Both the position numbers and the translations under genes were made by a program. A DNA stretch of 28,682 bases from contig JBAYEZ010000001.1 in the NCBI GenBank assembly GCA_041667485.1, forward strand, positions 1 to 28,682, written 5' to 3'. This document shows, piece by piece, positions 17,227 to 25,636 of this stretch. The stretch is from Bacilli bacterium. GTDB taxonomy: Bacteria; Bacillota_I; Bacilli_A; RFN20; CAG-826. The first letter of the stretch is position 1. Each line of letters opens with the position of its first letter. A model generated the notes under the pieces. The model was not told where the DNA came from. It saw only the letters and a list, made by a program, of their open reading frames with translations, and ran no database searches.

Positions 17227-19908
17227 TTAGTCCTCGTTGAGCTTCGAAACGAATTCGGCGCATTTGTTGAGGTGGAGATTCTGGAAGGATTCGACCAATT
17301 CTTCTTTGTTATCAATTGTCTTCACTTCGAGCTTGCTGACGACTTTGCTAAGAAGGATCGTTTCGATCGCCTCGTCTTCAACTGGGCCGCCGGCAAAGCA
17401 GGCTTCATAAATTACGACGAAGTCCTCAATCTGCTTCATGATACGGTTACCAAAGGAAATATTGTACGGGGATAAGAGCGCTTCGGTCTTTTGGATCAAG
17501 AGGTTGTTCTCGGCATCGAAATGGCCCTGAGACTTCGCCTCTTCAAATAAGGCGTTGAGTTGGGCATAGGTGTAGAAACGCCGCGAAATCGGACTCGAAG
17601 AAGCGTCACGGACCTTTGGCGCGCGATGATTGAAGTTCATCGTGTGAGCCCGATCGTAGACCTTGTCGGAAATCACGAAGGTTGATTCGTCGCGGTTGGC
17701 GGTGCCGATGAACCAGATATTAGAAGGAATCATCATCGTCTTCCCGTCGGCGAGGAGCGAATACGCCTTATCGCCTTCAGGGATCTTTTGGACAAGGGGA
17801 ATGTTTAGGAGCTGAATCTGGCGTTTTCCTTCCTCGTTTTCCATGAGCGAAAGGAAATCGGAAAAGTAATACTCGATGCGGGAAAGATTCATTTCATCAA
17901 GGACAATGAAGGTCGGAATCTCCGGATTGAGAGCGGCTTTGTAGAGAGCCTGCGTGAACTTTTTCGGCGAATAACGCTCTGAGAACTCGTTGTAATAGCC
18001 CAGAAGTTCGTTTTTGTCTTTCCATGAGGACTCAACTTCGACAAGATCGCAATCGCCGTCGATCGCTTCCATGAAAATTTTCGGAAGGGAGGTCTTGCCA
18101 GTCCCCGACATGCCTTGAAGAATGGTCAAGCGAGTCGCGCCTAGACCAGCGACAAAAGCGGCGATATCTTGCGCGCTATAGGAGAGATGAAGCCGGCAAT
18201 CTTTGGCATACTCCACCACAAATTTCACCAAATCGTTGAGCGAGGCGGCCTTAACGGCGAGTTTCTTCCGCTCATCGATATCTTTTTGAAAAATTTCTTT
18301 TTCGGCGTCCAATGCGCTAAAAGCAGGGCACGGATCAAAAACGACGGAGGAATTTGCGGGGATTTTTTCATTTTTCTTTTCAGGCAGAACAGCGGTTGCC
18401 GCTTCATCCCCTCCGATAATGAGTGGCTCCTCCTTGAAAATTTTGCGAGCAATCATCACGATGAGGAGAACCACATCGATGTAGAGCATATAAACCACGT
18501 CGGTCCGCATCGAATACTCGATGCTTTCGTTATAGGTATAGCCGTAAAGAATCAAAAGCTTCTTGGTGTTTTCGATGTTGATCTGGGTTGCAATCGAGAA
18601 ATAATAACCTGAGATGCCGAAAACAAACATGAAGGCGACGTTGACCAAGATAGCCGCTTTGGCGACCGCGACGTAACGGCGGTCTCGCGCAATGAAACTG
18701 GTCAAAGAAACAAGGAGGGCGATTCCTGTCGAAATCAGCATGACGACAAGGGCGAAGGCGGTGACCTGGTAGCCCGAGCCCAACTGTCCGTATTTCTGCA
18801 AAAGTTCAATCCCCGTCAACTTAACTTCGGATTTGTAACTGCCTGAAACAAAACCGACATCGATGACGTTGAGGAACAAGGAACCAATGGAAATCGCAGT
18901 AACAACGAAAACGTAAATCAAGAGTTCAATTCGTTGAGAAGAATGCATCTCTTTTTTCTTTCGGATTCGCTCCTCTTCGGGCCCAGAATAATAATCAAAG
19001 CGGCCTTTGAGAACGGCAAAGACAATCTCGGCAACTGCCATGAGCAAGAGCGGAACAAAAGCGGTCGAACGGACTTCGTAGTTCTTGAGGGCATAGACAT
19101 AATCGATAATGAAACCCAATAAAAAGAACTCAAGAGCGACGCCGAATTCAAGGAAAAACAAGATTTTCGAATTGGCCATGAAACGTTTCTTGTCGCTGAA
19201 GAAATAGGAGAGCGAAGACAAAAAATAGAGCAAGCACAAAATAAACAGCATCACTTGGACCAAAAGAAAAATCGAGTCTTCCGCTTGGATGCTTTTACCC
19301 ACCAAGACGTTGAATAAAATGCAGATATTATTGTTGACCGAGCCATGGAACTCGTAAAGCGGAACCGTCAGCATCGCAATCAATAGGATCAAGGTTGCGA
19401 TGAGATCCATCAGCAGGCCGCCGGTGGCTAAGGGCTTGGCCTTCGCGGCATTCTCTTCCGAAATCGACGCTGCCCCATCGGCAGGTTTCTTCCCAAGAAC
19501 AAGGAAGGTGAAAGCCCCAAGAATCAAAAGCAAGGCAAAAACGACGAGAGCGATGGCCCAGCCACTCAGTTCTTTAAAAACCGCATTGAAGGCAAAGAAG
19601 GCCAAACAGAGGCAAATCCCATAGGCAATCGTGAAGAAAAATGGCGTCTTCTTTTTCTTAACCAAACCCGCAATGCTAAAGCCGAGGGGCAAAAGATAAA
19701 GAAAAAAGGCGATATCCAAAACGAGAGCGAAAGTCTTTTCGTTATCAAGACCACTCTCGGTGGCAAAAGGAATACTCCAAAGAGAGTAGGCGCTCCGGCC
19801 TCCTGATAAAGGAAGCATCAAAATACCAAGATTAAAGAAGAAGACTAAACATAATAAACCCAAGGCTATCGCTTTGAATAACCACGGTTTTCTATCCAAT
19901 ATTTTCAT
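17227..19908 (-). CDS. Polytopic membrane protein (about 12 TM) fused to a C-terminal McrB-like AAA+ GTPase
   Basis: Walker A GMSGTGKT (18091-18114), Walker B FIVLDEMNLSRIEYYFSDFLS, GTANRDES (NxD, 17686-17706), DKVYDRA; 12 hydrophobic segments N-terminally. Start uncertain; 19908 chosen because TGCTATGAT (extended -10-like) lies upstream of it inside the longer ORF. Confidence 0.82.
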   Translation of the reverse strand: MKILDRKPWLFKAIALGLLCLVFFFNLGILMLPLSGGRSAYSLWSIPFATESGLDNEKTFALVLDIAFFLYLLPLGFSIAGLVKKKKTPFFFTIAYGICLCLAFFAFNAVFKELSGWAIALVVFALLLILGAFTFLVLGKKPADGAASISEENAAKAKPLATGGLLMDLIATLILLIAMLTVPLYEFHGSVNNNICILFNVLVGKSIQAEDSIFLLVQVMLFILCLLYFLSSLSYFFSDKKRFMANSKILFFLEFGVALEFFLLGFIIDYVYALKNYEVRSTAFVPLLLMAVAEIVFAVLKGRFDYYSGPEEERIRKKKEMHSSQRIELLIYVFVVTAISIGSLFLNVIDVGFVSGSYKSEVKLTGIELLQKYGQLGSGYQVTAFALVVMLISTGIALLVSLTSFIARDRRYVAVAKAAILVNVAFMFVFGISGYYFSIATQINIENTKKLLILYGYTYNESIEYSMRTDVVYMLYIDVVLLIVMIARKIFKEEPLIIGGDEAATAVLPEKKNEKIPANSSVVFDPCPAFSALDAEKEIFQKDIDERKKLAVKAASLNDLVKFVVEYAKDCRLHLSYSAQDIAAFVAGLGATRLTILQGMSGTGKTSLPKIFMEAIDGDCDLVEVESSWKDKNELLGYYNEFSERYSPKKFTQALYKAALNPEIPTFIVLDEMNLSRIEYYFSDFLSLMENEEGKRQIQLLNIPLVQKIPEGDKAYSLLADGKTMMIPSNIWFIGTANRDESTFVISDKVYDRAHTMNFNHRAPKVRDASSSPISRRFYTYAQLNALFEEAKSQGHFDAENNLLIQKTEALLSPYNISFGNRIMKQIEDFVVIYEACFAGGPVEDEAIETILLSKVVSKLEVKTIDNKEELVESFQNLHLNKCAEFVSKLNED

Positions 19909-20224
19909 GGGGAGGTCGCTCGCTTTCGCTGCATGGGTATCATAGCACTTACGCATACTCGCACGGAAACGAGAATTCGTAATTCGGGTTCTCCGTGCGT
20001 CGGCGGAAGAGCAAGAGACAAAAAACAAAAAGGGCACGAATAGATTGTTCCAATGCGTTATAAAAACGCAATCTCTTCAAAAACTCGTTGTTTTCTTCGA
20101 AATACCAAGATCCAGCCGACCCGTTTAACAAATCAATTTCACTTTTCTGAAAATGCACCATTCAAAAATGAGATATTATCAATAAGAAGAAGCGCGAGCC
20201 TCAAAGGTTCTCTTCCGCTGAATA

Positions 20225-20520
20225 ATGAACAAAGGAAACACACATCGCTGGAGTTGGAAATTTTGGCCGTTGCGGAATAAGGTCTTCCTTTTGATGCTTC
20301 TTATCTCTCTTCTCCCGGTCGGCTTCGTCACTGGTTATTCAATCTATTCGATTTCCGACACGATGAAGCAGCGTTCGATTAACGATTTAAAAACAGCGTT
20401 CTTTGGCTTCAAAACAAGCTGAGCGACACGACAGCAAGCTATACTCGAATTTTCTTGGAATTTGAAACGGACACCGATTTTTGCAATAGTGTTTCGACAG
20501 CTTCATCAGCGACCTTTTGA
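20225..20520 (+). pseudogene. Remnant of a membrane sensor (histidine kinase or chemoreceptor) 5' end
   Basis: LRNKVFLLMLLISLLPVGFVTGYSIYSISDTMKQRSINDL is a typical TM1 plus start of an extracellular domain. Restoring one A in the A5 run near 20390 continues KNSVLWLQNKLSDTT...; a stop follows at 20520. Confidence 0.5.
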
Positions 20521-20713
20521 TACAAATGCTTTCCTAGGCCGCACGATGAGAAGAGAAGGCTGCTTTACCGGAATCGATTCGAATATATCTTTGCCTTTCG
20601 AAGGAAGGAAGTTAAATATTTCTCCGCTTTTGGAACGATGAGAGCAATGATTGGTTCCCCGTCAGCAAACAGGTGCTCGAATTTGAAATTGAGACTGGGG
20701 TTCAAACTCTTCG

Positions 20714-20893
20714 CTAAGAAATTAGCAAAATGATCTGATTACACTTATCTCCATAATGCTCATTCAGATATTTGGCAAATATATTCTTCAGCAAATATGA
20801 TTTGCCACATCTTCTCACACCGGTTATAACTTTCGGAAATCCATTGTTTATCGATTTTATAAGGATTGATAGATATTTGTCCCTTTTAATCAC
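20714..20893 (-). pseudogene. 5' fragment of an AAA_14/DUF4143-type ATPase gene
   Basis: GTG start with AAGGAG SD: VIKRDKYLSILIKSINNGFPKVITGVRRCGKSYLL (Walker A variant GxRRxGKS); the frame breaks after about 59 codons. Confidence 0.72.
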
Positions 20894-21042
20894 TGCTTCT
20901 CCTTTTTGGTAGAATTCTACCTTTTTAGAGATTCTTAATAGCAATAAATTCTACCTGTGGATAGTTTTGTTATTAGAAGTAAAAACTTCTTCTCTTTTTT
21001 TACAAACGAGGGTGGCGGGTAGAGTGGAGATCTCCACTCACG

Positions 21043-21070
21043 AAAAAAGAGAGCCTGGGAGACTCTCTTT
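21043..21070 (-). terminator. Intrinsic terminator downstream of tRNA-Ala
   Basis: AAAGAGAG-N9-CTCTCTTT plus a T run on the minus strand. Confidence 0.65.
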
Positions 21071-21179
21071 CTATAATTGGCTTACTTGATGCTAGGCTTC
21101 ATCGGCTTAGTAATAGCAAACCTTAACGCAATCGCCCTTTCGATACGAGTATCAAATGAGTGTGCGTCTGGCGACCATT

Positions 21180-21255
21180 TGGTGGAGCCAACGGGGATCG
21201 GACCCGCGACCTCCTCGTTGCGAACGAGGCGCTCTCCCAGCTGAGCTATGGCCCC
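21180..21255 (-). tRNA. tRNA-Ala (anticodon CGC), encoded CCA
   Basis: GGGGCCA TA GCTC AGCTGGGA GAGC G CCTCG TTCGCAA CGAGG AGGTC GCGGG TCCGATC CCCGT TGGCTCC ACCA; 76 nt, G3:U70 and A73 alanine identity elements. Confidence 0.96.
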
Positions 21256-21268
21256 AAAACGCGTAGTT

Positions 21269-21297
21269 ATTATAGTGAATCACCCTTTGCGTTACAA
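21269..21297 (-). promoter_or_regulatory. Sigma-A promoter of tRNA-Ala
   Basis: TTGTAA-N17-TATAAT, 13 nt upstream of the mature 5' end. Confidence 0.75.
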
Positions 21298-21309
21298 CAA
21301 AATCAAAAA

Positions 21310-21957
21310 TCAAATTTCGATTTTAAAGATTCGGGATGCTTCTTTGGGCAAATCGCTGAAATGAGTTATCGCGTGGGGACAATCGGGGATCACACCAAAA
21401 CCATAGGCGGCGTGAATAAAGGGAATCCCCGCCTTCTCCGTCTCATCCTTATCTTTAAGGGTGTCGCCGATATAAAGGACCCTTGTGAGGTTTTCACGTT
21501 TCATCATATAGAGGATATTGCCCCATTTTGGTAATCCCGTATCCCCTGCGCAGACGTGGCCAGCGAAAAAGGAGGCGACGTGGCAGGCCTCGAGATAGTT
21601 CTCGACATAACCCTTATCACTATTGGAAACGATGTAGAGCGAATAGGTTTTTGTGAGAAGAGATAAAGTCTCTTTCTCTTGGGGATAAAGACGGCCGGGA
21701 TGTTTTGAAAGATAAGTAATCTCAGAAGCAATGCAAGCTTTAAATAGCATGGCTTGATCGGCAAAAGAGTAGCCGGGGAAAGCCAAAGGATAAGTTTCTT
21801 CCGGAGTGAGGCCCATAAAGGATTTGATTCTGGCTTCGCTAAAAACAATCGGAAGATTTCTCGCCTTCATCTCCTCATTCCACGCGAGGGTAATGGGGCT
21901 GAGCGCATCCCAAAGCGTCCCATCGAGATCGAAGAGAATTGCATACTCTTTTTTCAT
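21310..21957 (-). CDS. HAD-family hydrolase (phosphoglycolate phosphatase/nucleotidase-like)
   Basis: LFDLDGTLWD (motif I), IVSN (II), K (III), YIGDTLKD (IV). Confidence 0.9.
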   Translation of the reverse strand: MKKEYAILFDLDGTLWDALSPITLAWNEEMKARNLPIVFSEARIKSFMGLTPEETYPLAFPGYSFADQAMLFKACIASEITYLSKHPGRLYPQEKETLSLLTKTYSLYIVSNSDKGYVENYLEACHVASFFAGHVCAGDTGLPKWGNILYMMKRENLTRVLYIGDTLKDKDETEKAGIPFIHAAYGFGVIPDCPHAITHFSDLPKEASRIFKIEI

Positions 21958-21977
21958 AAAATATTTGCAAAATCCCC

Positions 21978-23348
21978 TTATTTTCCTGAATCGTCACCAT
22001 CATCGCCTTCGGCAGGAGCGTTGAGAGAAGCCGGGGCATCCGGCAAACCATCGCTATCTTCGTCGATACCGGAAAGGTCGGCCGAATTGATCTTGCCAAA
22101 ACGACCGGTAATCTTGCGAACCGTCGTCCCCATTTGCGTCGTCTTTGAAGCCGCCGCGGTGATGCTCCGTTGGAGCGAATCCCAGCGTTCGGCAAAACGG
22201 TTGAACTCTTGACCAAGGCCTTTGAGGGCCTCTTCCATCTTTTCCATATTCTTGCTCCGCTCCGCTTCCATTGCTGCGTTATGGAAGACAACGACGATCG
22301 CCTGCAAGGTCGAAGGGCAGGCCAAGATGACGCCGAGTGAGCGTGCTTCGGCGACCAAATCAGGAAATTCGTTTTCGACAAAAGCAAAGACACCATCGTT
22401 TGGAATGAACATGATAGCGTAGTTTGGCGTCAGATTGGGAATGATGTATTTATCCGCAATATCCTTATACTTCTTTTTAACCTCGGCGCTAAAGCTGCTT
22501 CTCAAGGCACTCTTTTCCGTCTCTTCCATCGTCGTCCCGGAGAAGAGCTTGGCATAATCGGAAAAGGGGAACTTGCTATCAATGCAAAGTTTGCTGGTCT
22601 TGCCATTCACGGTGAAAACCAAATCGGCATCAGGCCGAACCTTCTCATCGCCTTTGGTGAAGCCGAGATCATCCTGAAGGTTGTAGTATTTGCCTTTACC
22701 GTTGGGGAACGTGTTCTCTAAGAGCATCGAAAGCTGGAGTTCGCCATAGGCCCCACGGGTCTGATTTCCCTGCAAAACCTGGTTCAAACTAGTCACATCG
22801 TCCTGCAAACTCTGCAGGTGTTTTTGGGCATCGTCGATTGCCCCGAGTTGCTTTTTGAGCTCACCCATCGTATCGGAGTTGCCTTTGAAACCATCCTGAA
22901 GCGATTTATTGACCCGGTCGTTGATATCTTTGAAATTGTCCTCGACCTTCTTATTCATCGCCGCCGTATTGTCGCTCAAACTCTTATTGATAACCGCCAT
23001 CTGGTCGTTGACCGCTTTGGTGAGATTAAGTTGAAAGCCCTGCATCCGCTGATTGTCCTTTTCGGCTTGCTCATTGAAGGAACGCTGAAGCGAGGCCATC
23101 TGCTCCGCTGTCTTTTGTGAAATAACGAGGGGAATGCTTTCTTTGAGGACGCTGAGATTCCCGGCGAGAGTTTGGACGTCATTGTGGAGAGACTGTAAAT
23201 TGACCTGAAGTACTTTGATTTGTTCGAGCTCAATCGACGAAGAATTTTCCACTTTGCTCCGCTTAATTAAGAAAACCAAAATGACAATTGCCAAAGCTAA
23301 AATCGCGACGCCAACGACAATTAGAGCAATTAATAATGAAGTATCCAT
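21978..23348 (-). CDS. rmuC: DNA recombination protein RmuC
   Basis: N-terminal TM, coiled-coil, RGAYGELQL, PDA...IDSKFP, AIMFIPND, CPSTL. Confidence 0.92.
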   Translation of the reverse strand: MDTSLLIALIVVGVAILALAIVILVFLIKRSKVENSSSIELEQIKVLQVNLQSLHNDVQTLAGNLSVLKESIPLVISQKTAEQMASLQRSFNEQAEKDNQRMQGFQLNLTKAVNDQMAVINKSLSDNTAAMNKKVEDNFKDINDRVNKSLQDGFKGNSDTMGELKKQLGAIDDAQKHLQSLQDDVTSLNQVLQGNQTRGAYGELQLSMLLENTFPNGKGKYYNLQDDLGFTKGDEKVRPDADLVFTVNGKTSKLCIDSKFPFSDYAKLFSGTTMEETEKSALRSSFSAEVKKKYKDIADKYIIPNLTPNYAIMFIPNDGVFAFVENEFPDLVAEARSLGVILACPSTLQAIVVVFHNAAMEAERSKNMEKMEEALKGLGQEFNRFAERWDSLQRSITAAASKTTQMGTTVRKITGRFGKINSADLSGIDEDSDGLPDAPASLNAPAEGDDGDDSGK

Positions 23349-23473
23349 CAGGTTATTTTTTCCTTACTTGTAAAGTTTAGCACAGAAAGCTACGCTCGCG
23401 TGGGATCAATAAAAATCAAGTCTTTAATTCATTCGTTTTTTCTCTTTAGAATGGAGTCCCGAAAAGGGAAGCT

Positions 23474-24710
23474 ATGGAACGAGTTATCGCGGTCATTGAC
23501 CTCAAGAGTTTTTATGCCTCGTGCGAGTGTGCCTGCCGCCACCTCGATATTTTCACAACCCCACTCGTCTGTTGCGATCCTTATCGCTCCGCCTCAAGCA
23601 TCGTGATGTCAGCCACTCCCTATCTTAAAAAGAAATATGGGATTCCCAATGTCTGCCGCCGCCGCGATCTTCCCATCGTTCCTGACATGATCTATGCCGT
23701 TCCTCGGATGTCCTATTATCTTCAGGTGTCGGCAAAAGTGGTTTCGATCCTTCTCGACTATGTTGCGGCGGAAGATCTTCATATCTACTCAGTCGATGAA
23801 TCCTTTCTCAATCTCGGTCCTTATCTCGATCTTTATCACTGCAGTCCCGAAGAATTAGTGGCTCGAATTCAAAAAGACATCAAGAAGAAACTAGGGCTTG
23901 TGGCCACCGCAGGAATCGGTCCCAACGTGTTTTTGGCAAAAATTGCTCTCGATAACGAAGGCAAAAAGAAGCCGCCTTATCGCTCACTGGGATTATGAGG
24001 ATGTCCCAAATAAGCTCTGGACGATCAGTCCCATCACCAAAATCTGGAGCATCGCCACCGGCACCAGCGGCCACCTAGCTCGAATTGGAATTCGAAGCAT
24101 CTATGAACTTGCCCACGCTTCCGATGCGCTGCTCCAAAAAGAATTCGGCATCATGGGCGAGCAACTCAAGAACTTGGCCAATGGGCGCGACGAAAGCGAT
24201 ATCACCATCAAGTACGCCCCAGAGAACGTCTCACTCTCTCTTGGCCAAACTTTACGGCGCGCTTATTACCCTTCTGAAGCCTTGCTTCTGCTTCGTGAAA
24301 TGGTCGACGATTTATCAAACCGATTGAGATCTACAGGGTTTTTATGTGAAAAAGTCTCGGTCTGGGCTTCTTATGGCGGGCGGGAAACGTTTGGCAAGCA
24401 AATGGCTTTGCCCATCGCCACCGATGATACCAATTCGCTCTATGATGCCGCCAAAGCGGTTTTCTCTTACCGAGCTGAGCTCCCGATTCGGGGGTTGGGT
24501 TTGGCCTTTGGCAAACTCATCCACGCAAGCCGTGAACAAGGCTCCTTATTTCTCGCGGCCGAAGAGCGGCAAGAGAGACAGCGGCTTGACGCTTCGCTCA
24601 ATGCAATCCGCTCCCGCTATGGCAAAAACAGTGTGCTCCGTTGCTCCTCACTTTTGCCGGGTTCAACGATTAAGACTCGACATGAACAGATTGGAGGACA
24701 TAAGCAATGA
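23474..24710 (+). pseudogene. Y-family DNA polymerase (UvrX/YqjW/UmuC-like), split by one frameshift near 23960-23985
   Basis: IDLKSFYAS, YSVDESF and GIGPNVFLAKIALD in the first frame; IAHWDYEDVPNKLW...IGGHKQ in the next frame. A single +1/-2 shift joins them into about 412 aa. Confidence 0.85.
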
Positions 24711-25021
24711 AAAACCGTGGAATGATGAGGTGGCTGGCTTATAAATCTCTCAACCAACAAGCGGATTATTTGTCTGAAATGGCTTATGAACGAGGCAAGC
24801 AAACCCGGCCACTCCACTCAAATGAGGAAGCCGAAGAAATTAATGACCTCCTCATGAACTATCAGGGAGGTAGCGTTCTTTTGCGATATTACGATGATGG
24901 TTACACCCAAGAAATCACAGGGAGGATCACTAAAATTGATTCAATTTGCAAATCACTGACCATCGCCAATACCAAAGTAGCCTTTCGCGATATCGTTGAA
25001 CTTCGCAATCTCAATTTTTAG
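24707..25021 (+). CDS. YolD-like protein (partner of the Y-family polymerase)
   Basis: NRGMMRWLAYKSL N-terminus and GRITKID; ATGA overlap with the polymerase stop. Confidence 0.8.
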   Translation: MKNRGMMRWLAYKSLNQQADYLSEMAYERGKQTRPLHSNEEAEEINDLLMNYQGGSVLLRYYDDGYTQEITGRITKIDSICKSLTIANTKVAFRDIVELRNLNF

Positions 25022-25080
25022 TTCTTTCCCCATAAACCAACAGCCTCGCACGTTAATCGGGGGGCAAGGAACATTCGCTT

Positions 25081-25398
25081 ATGAATGAGGAAAAGCTTGA
25101 AAAAGCTATGGCCGCTCTCCAAAGGGGAGATGGCGATGCCTTGGCGCTACCCGATAATTTCGCAACCATCCAAGCGGGAATCAAAAACCAGGGTTATTAT
25201 CTTGTCGGCAATGAAATTCGTGGCACCGATTCGCAAGGCGTCTGGAGTAAGTCCAAAAAGATTCGTGATTATTTGATCGTCCACGCCAACGCTTTGGCCG
25301 AGACGCAAATCGCCTTATTAAAGAAGAAGGAAGCTCTCGTCAACGCGAACGCGATGCCTGATGGTTACGACCAAAAAGCCGGACGATGGCCATCGTGA
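25081..25398 (+). CDS. Hypothetical 105-aa ORF, probably chimeric debris
   Basis: AAGGA SD. The first 21 aa (MNEEKLEKAMAALQRGDGDAL) resemble ECF sigma factor N-termini; the remainder looks unrelated. Confidence 0.3.
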   Translation: MNEEKLEKAMAALQRGDGDALALPDNFATIQAGIKNQGYYLVGNEIRGTDSQGVWSKSKKIRDYLIVHANALAETQIALLKKKEALVNANAMPDGYDQKAGRWPS

Positions 25399-25534
25399 AC
25401 ATGGTGATCCGGGCGGCGGGGATTGGCATGGGAGATTGGTAACGATGATTTCCATCCCAACGGCGATCACCGCGTTAACCTTTAAAAAATAGTGGTGGAA
25501 ATGCTTAGAAAATCCCTAGTCTTTTTTAATATTC

Positions 25535-25636
25535 TCAGCAATTCGCACCCCTTTGATAGGTTTGTTAAAGGCAGTCCGTCTCGCTGACATCGCTCTTGTC
25601 ATTGATGCCTGCGGCAAGAAGGACGCCTTTCTCGTA
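25535..25636 (-). pseudogene. 3' remnant of a flavoprotein (NADPH-dependent FMN reductase-like) gene
   Basis: Manual translation YEKGVLLAAGINDKSDVSETDCL*QTYQRG resembles the C-terminal strand-helix of such proteins; contains an internal stop. Confidence 0.35.

Noticed and set aside
19909-20037. N-terminal 43 aa extension of the GTPase given by the ORF track
   Set aside because: Low-complexity sequence with no SD that contains a likely extended -10 (TGCTATGAT); ATG 19908 is preferred, though its SD is also weak.
20905-20960. AATTCTAC repeats reminiscent of a Cas12a direct repeat
   Set aside because: Only two short copies, no full repeat-spacer periodicity and no cas genes; treated as an operator-like element.
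21080-21179. Open stretch after the tRNA (KWSPDAHSFDTRIERAIALRFAITKPMKPSIK*) as an integrase or other gene tail
   Set aside because: No start codon and no recognisable motif; too short to call.
15656-21255. Intact tRNA-integrated mobile element carrying the McrB-like operon
   Set aside because: No integrase or transposase, and no second copy of the tRNA 3' end (att) seen; only decay is supported.
23349-23480. LexA (Cheo) box upstream of the Y-family polymerase
   Set aside because: No GAAC-N4-GTTC match found.
23955-23975. Programmed -1 ribosomal frameshift at C AAA AAG in the polymerase gene
   Set aside because: Joining the two halves needs +1 (or -2), not -1, and no stimulatory structure is evident.
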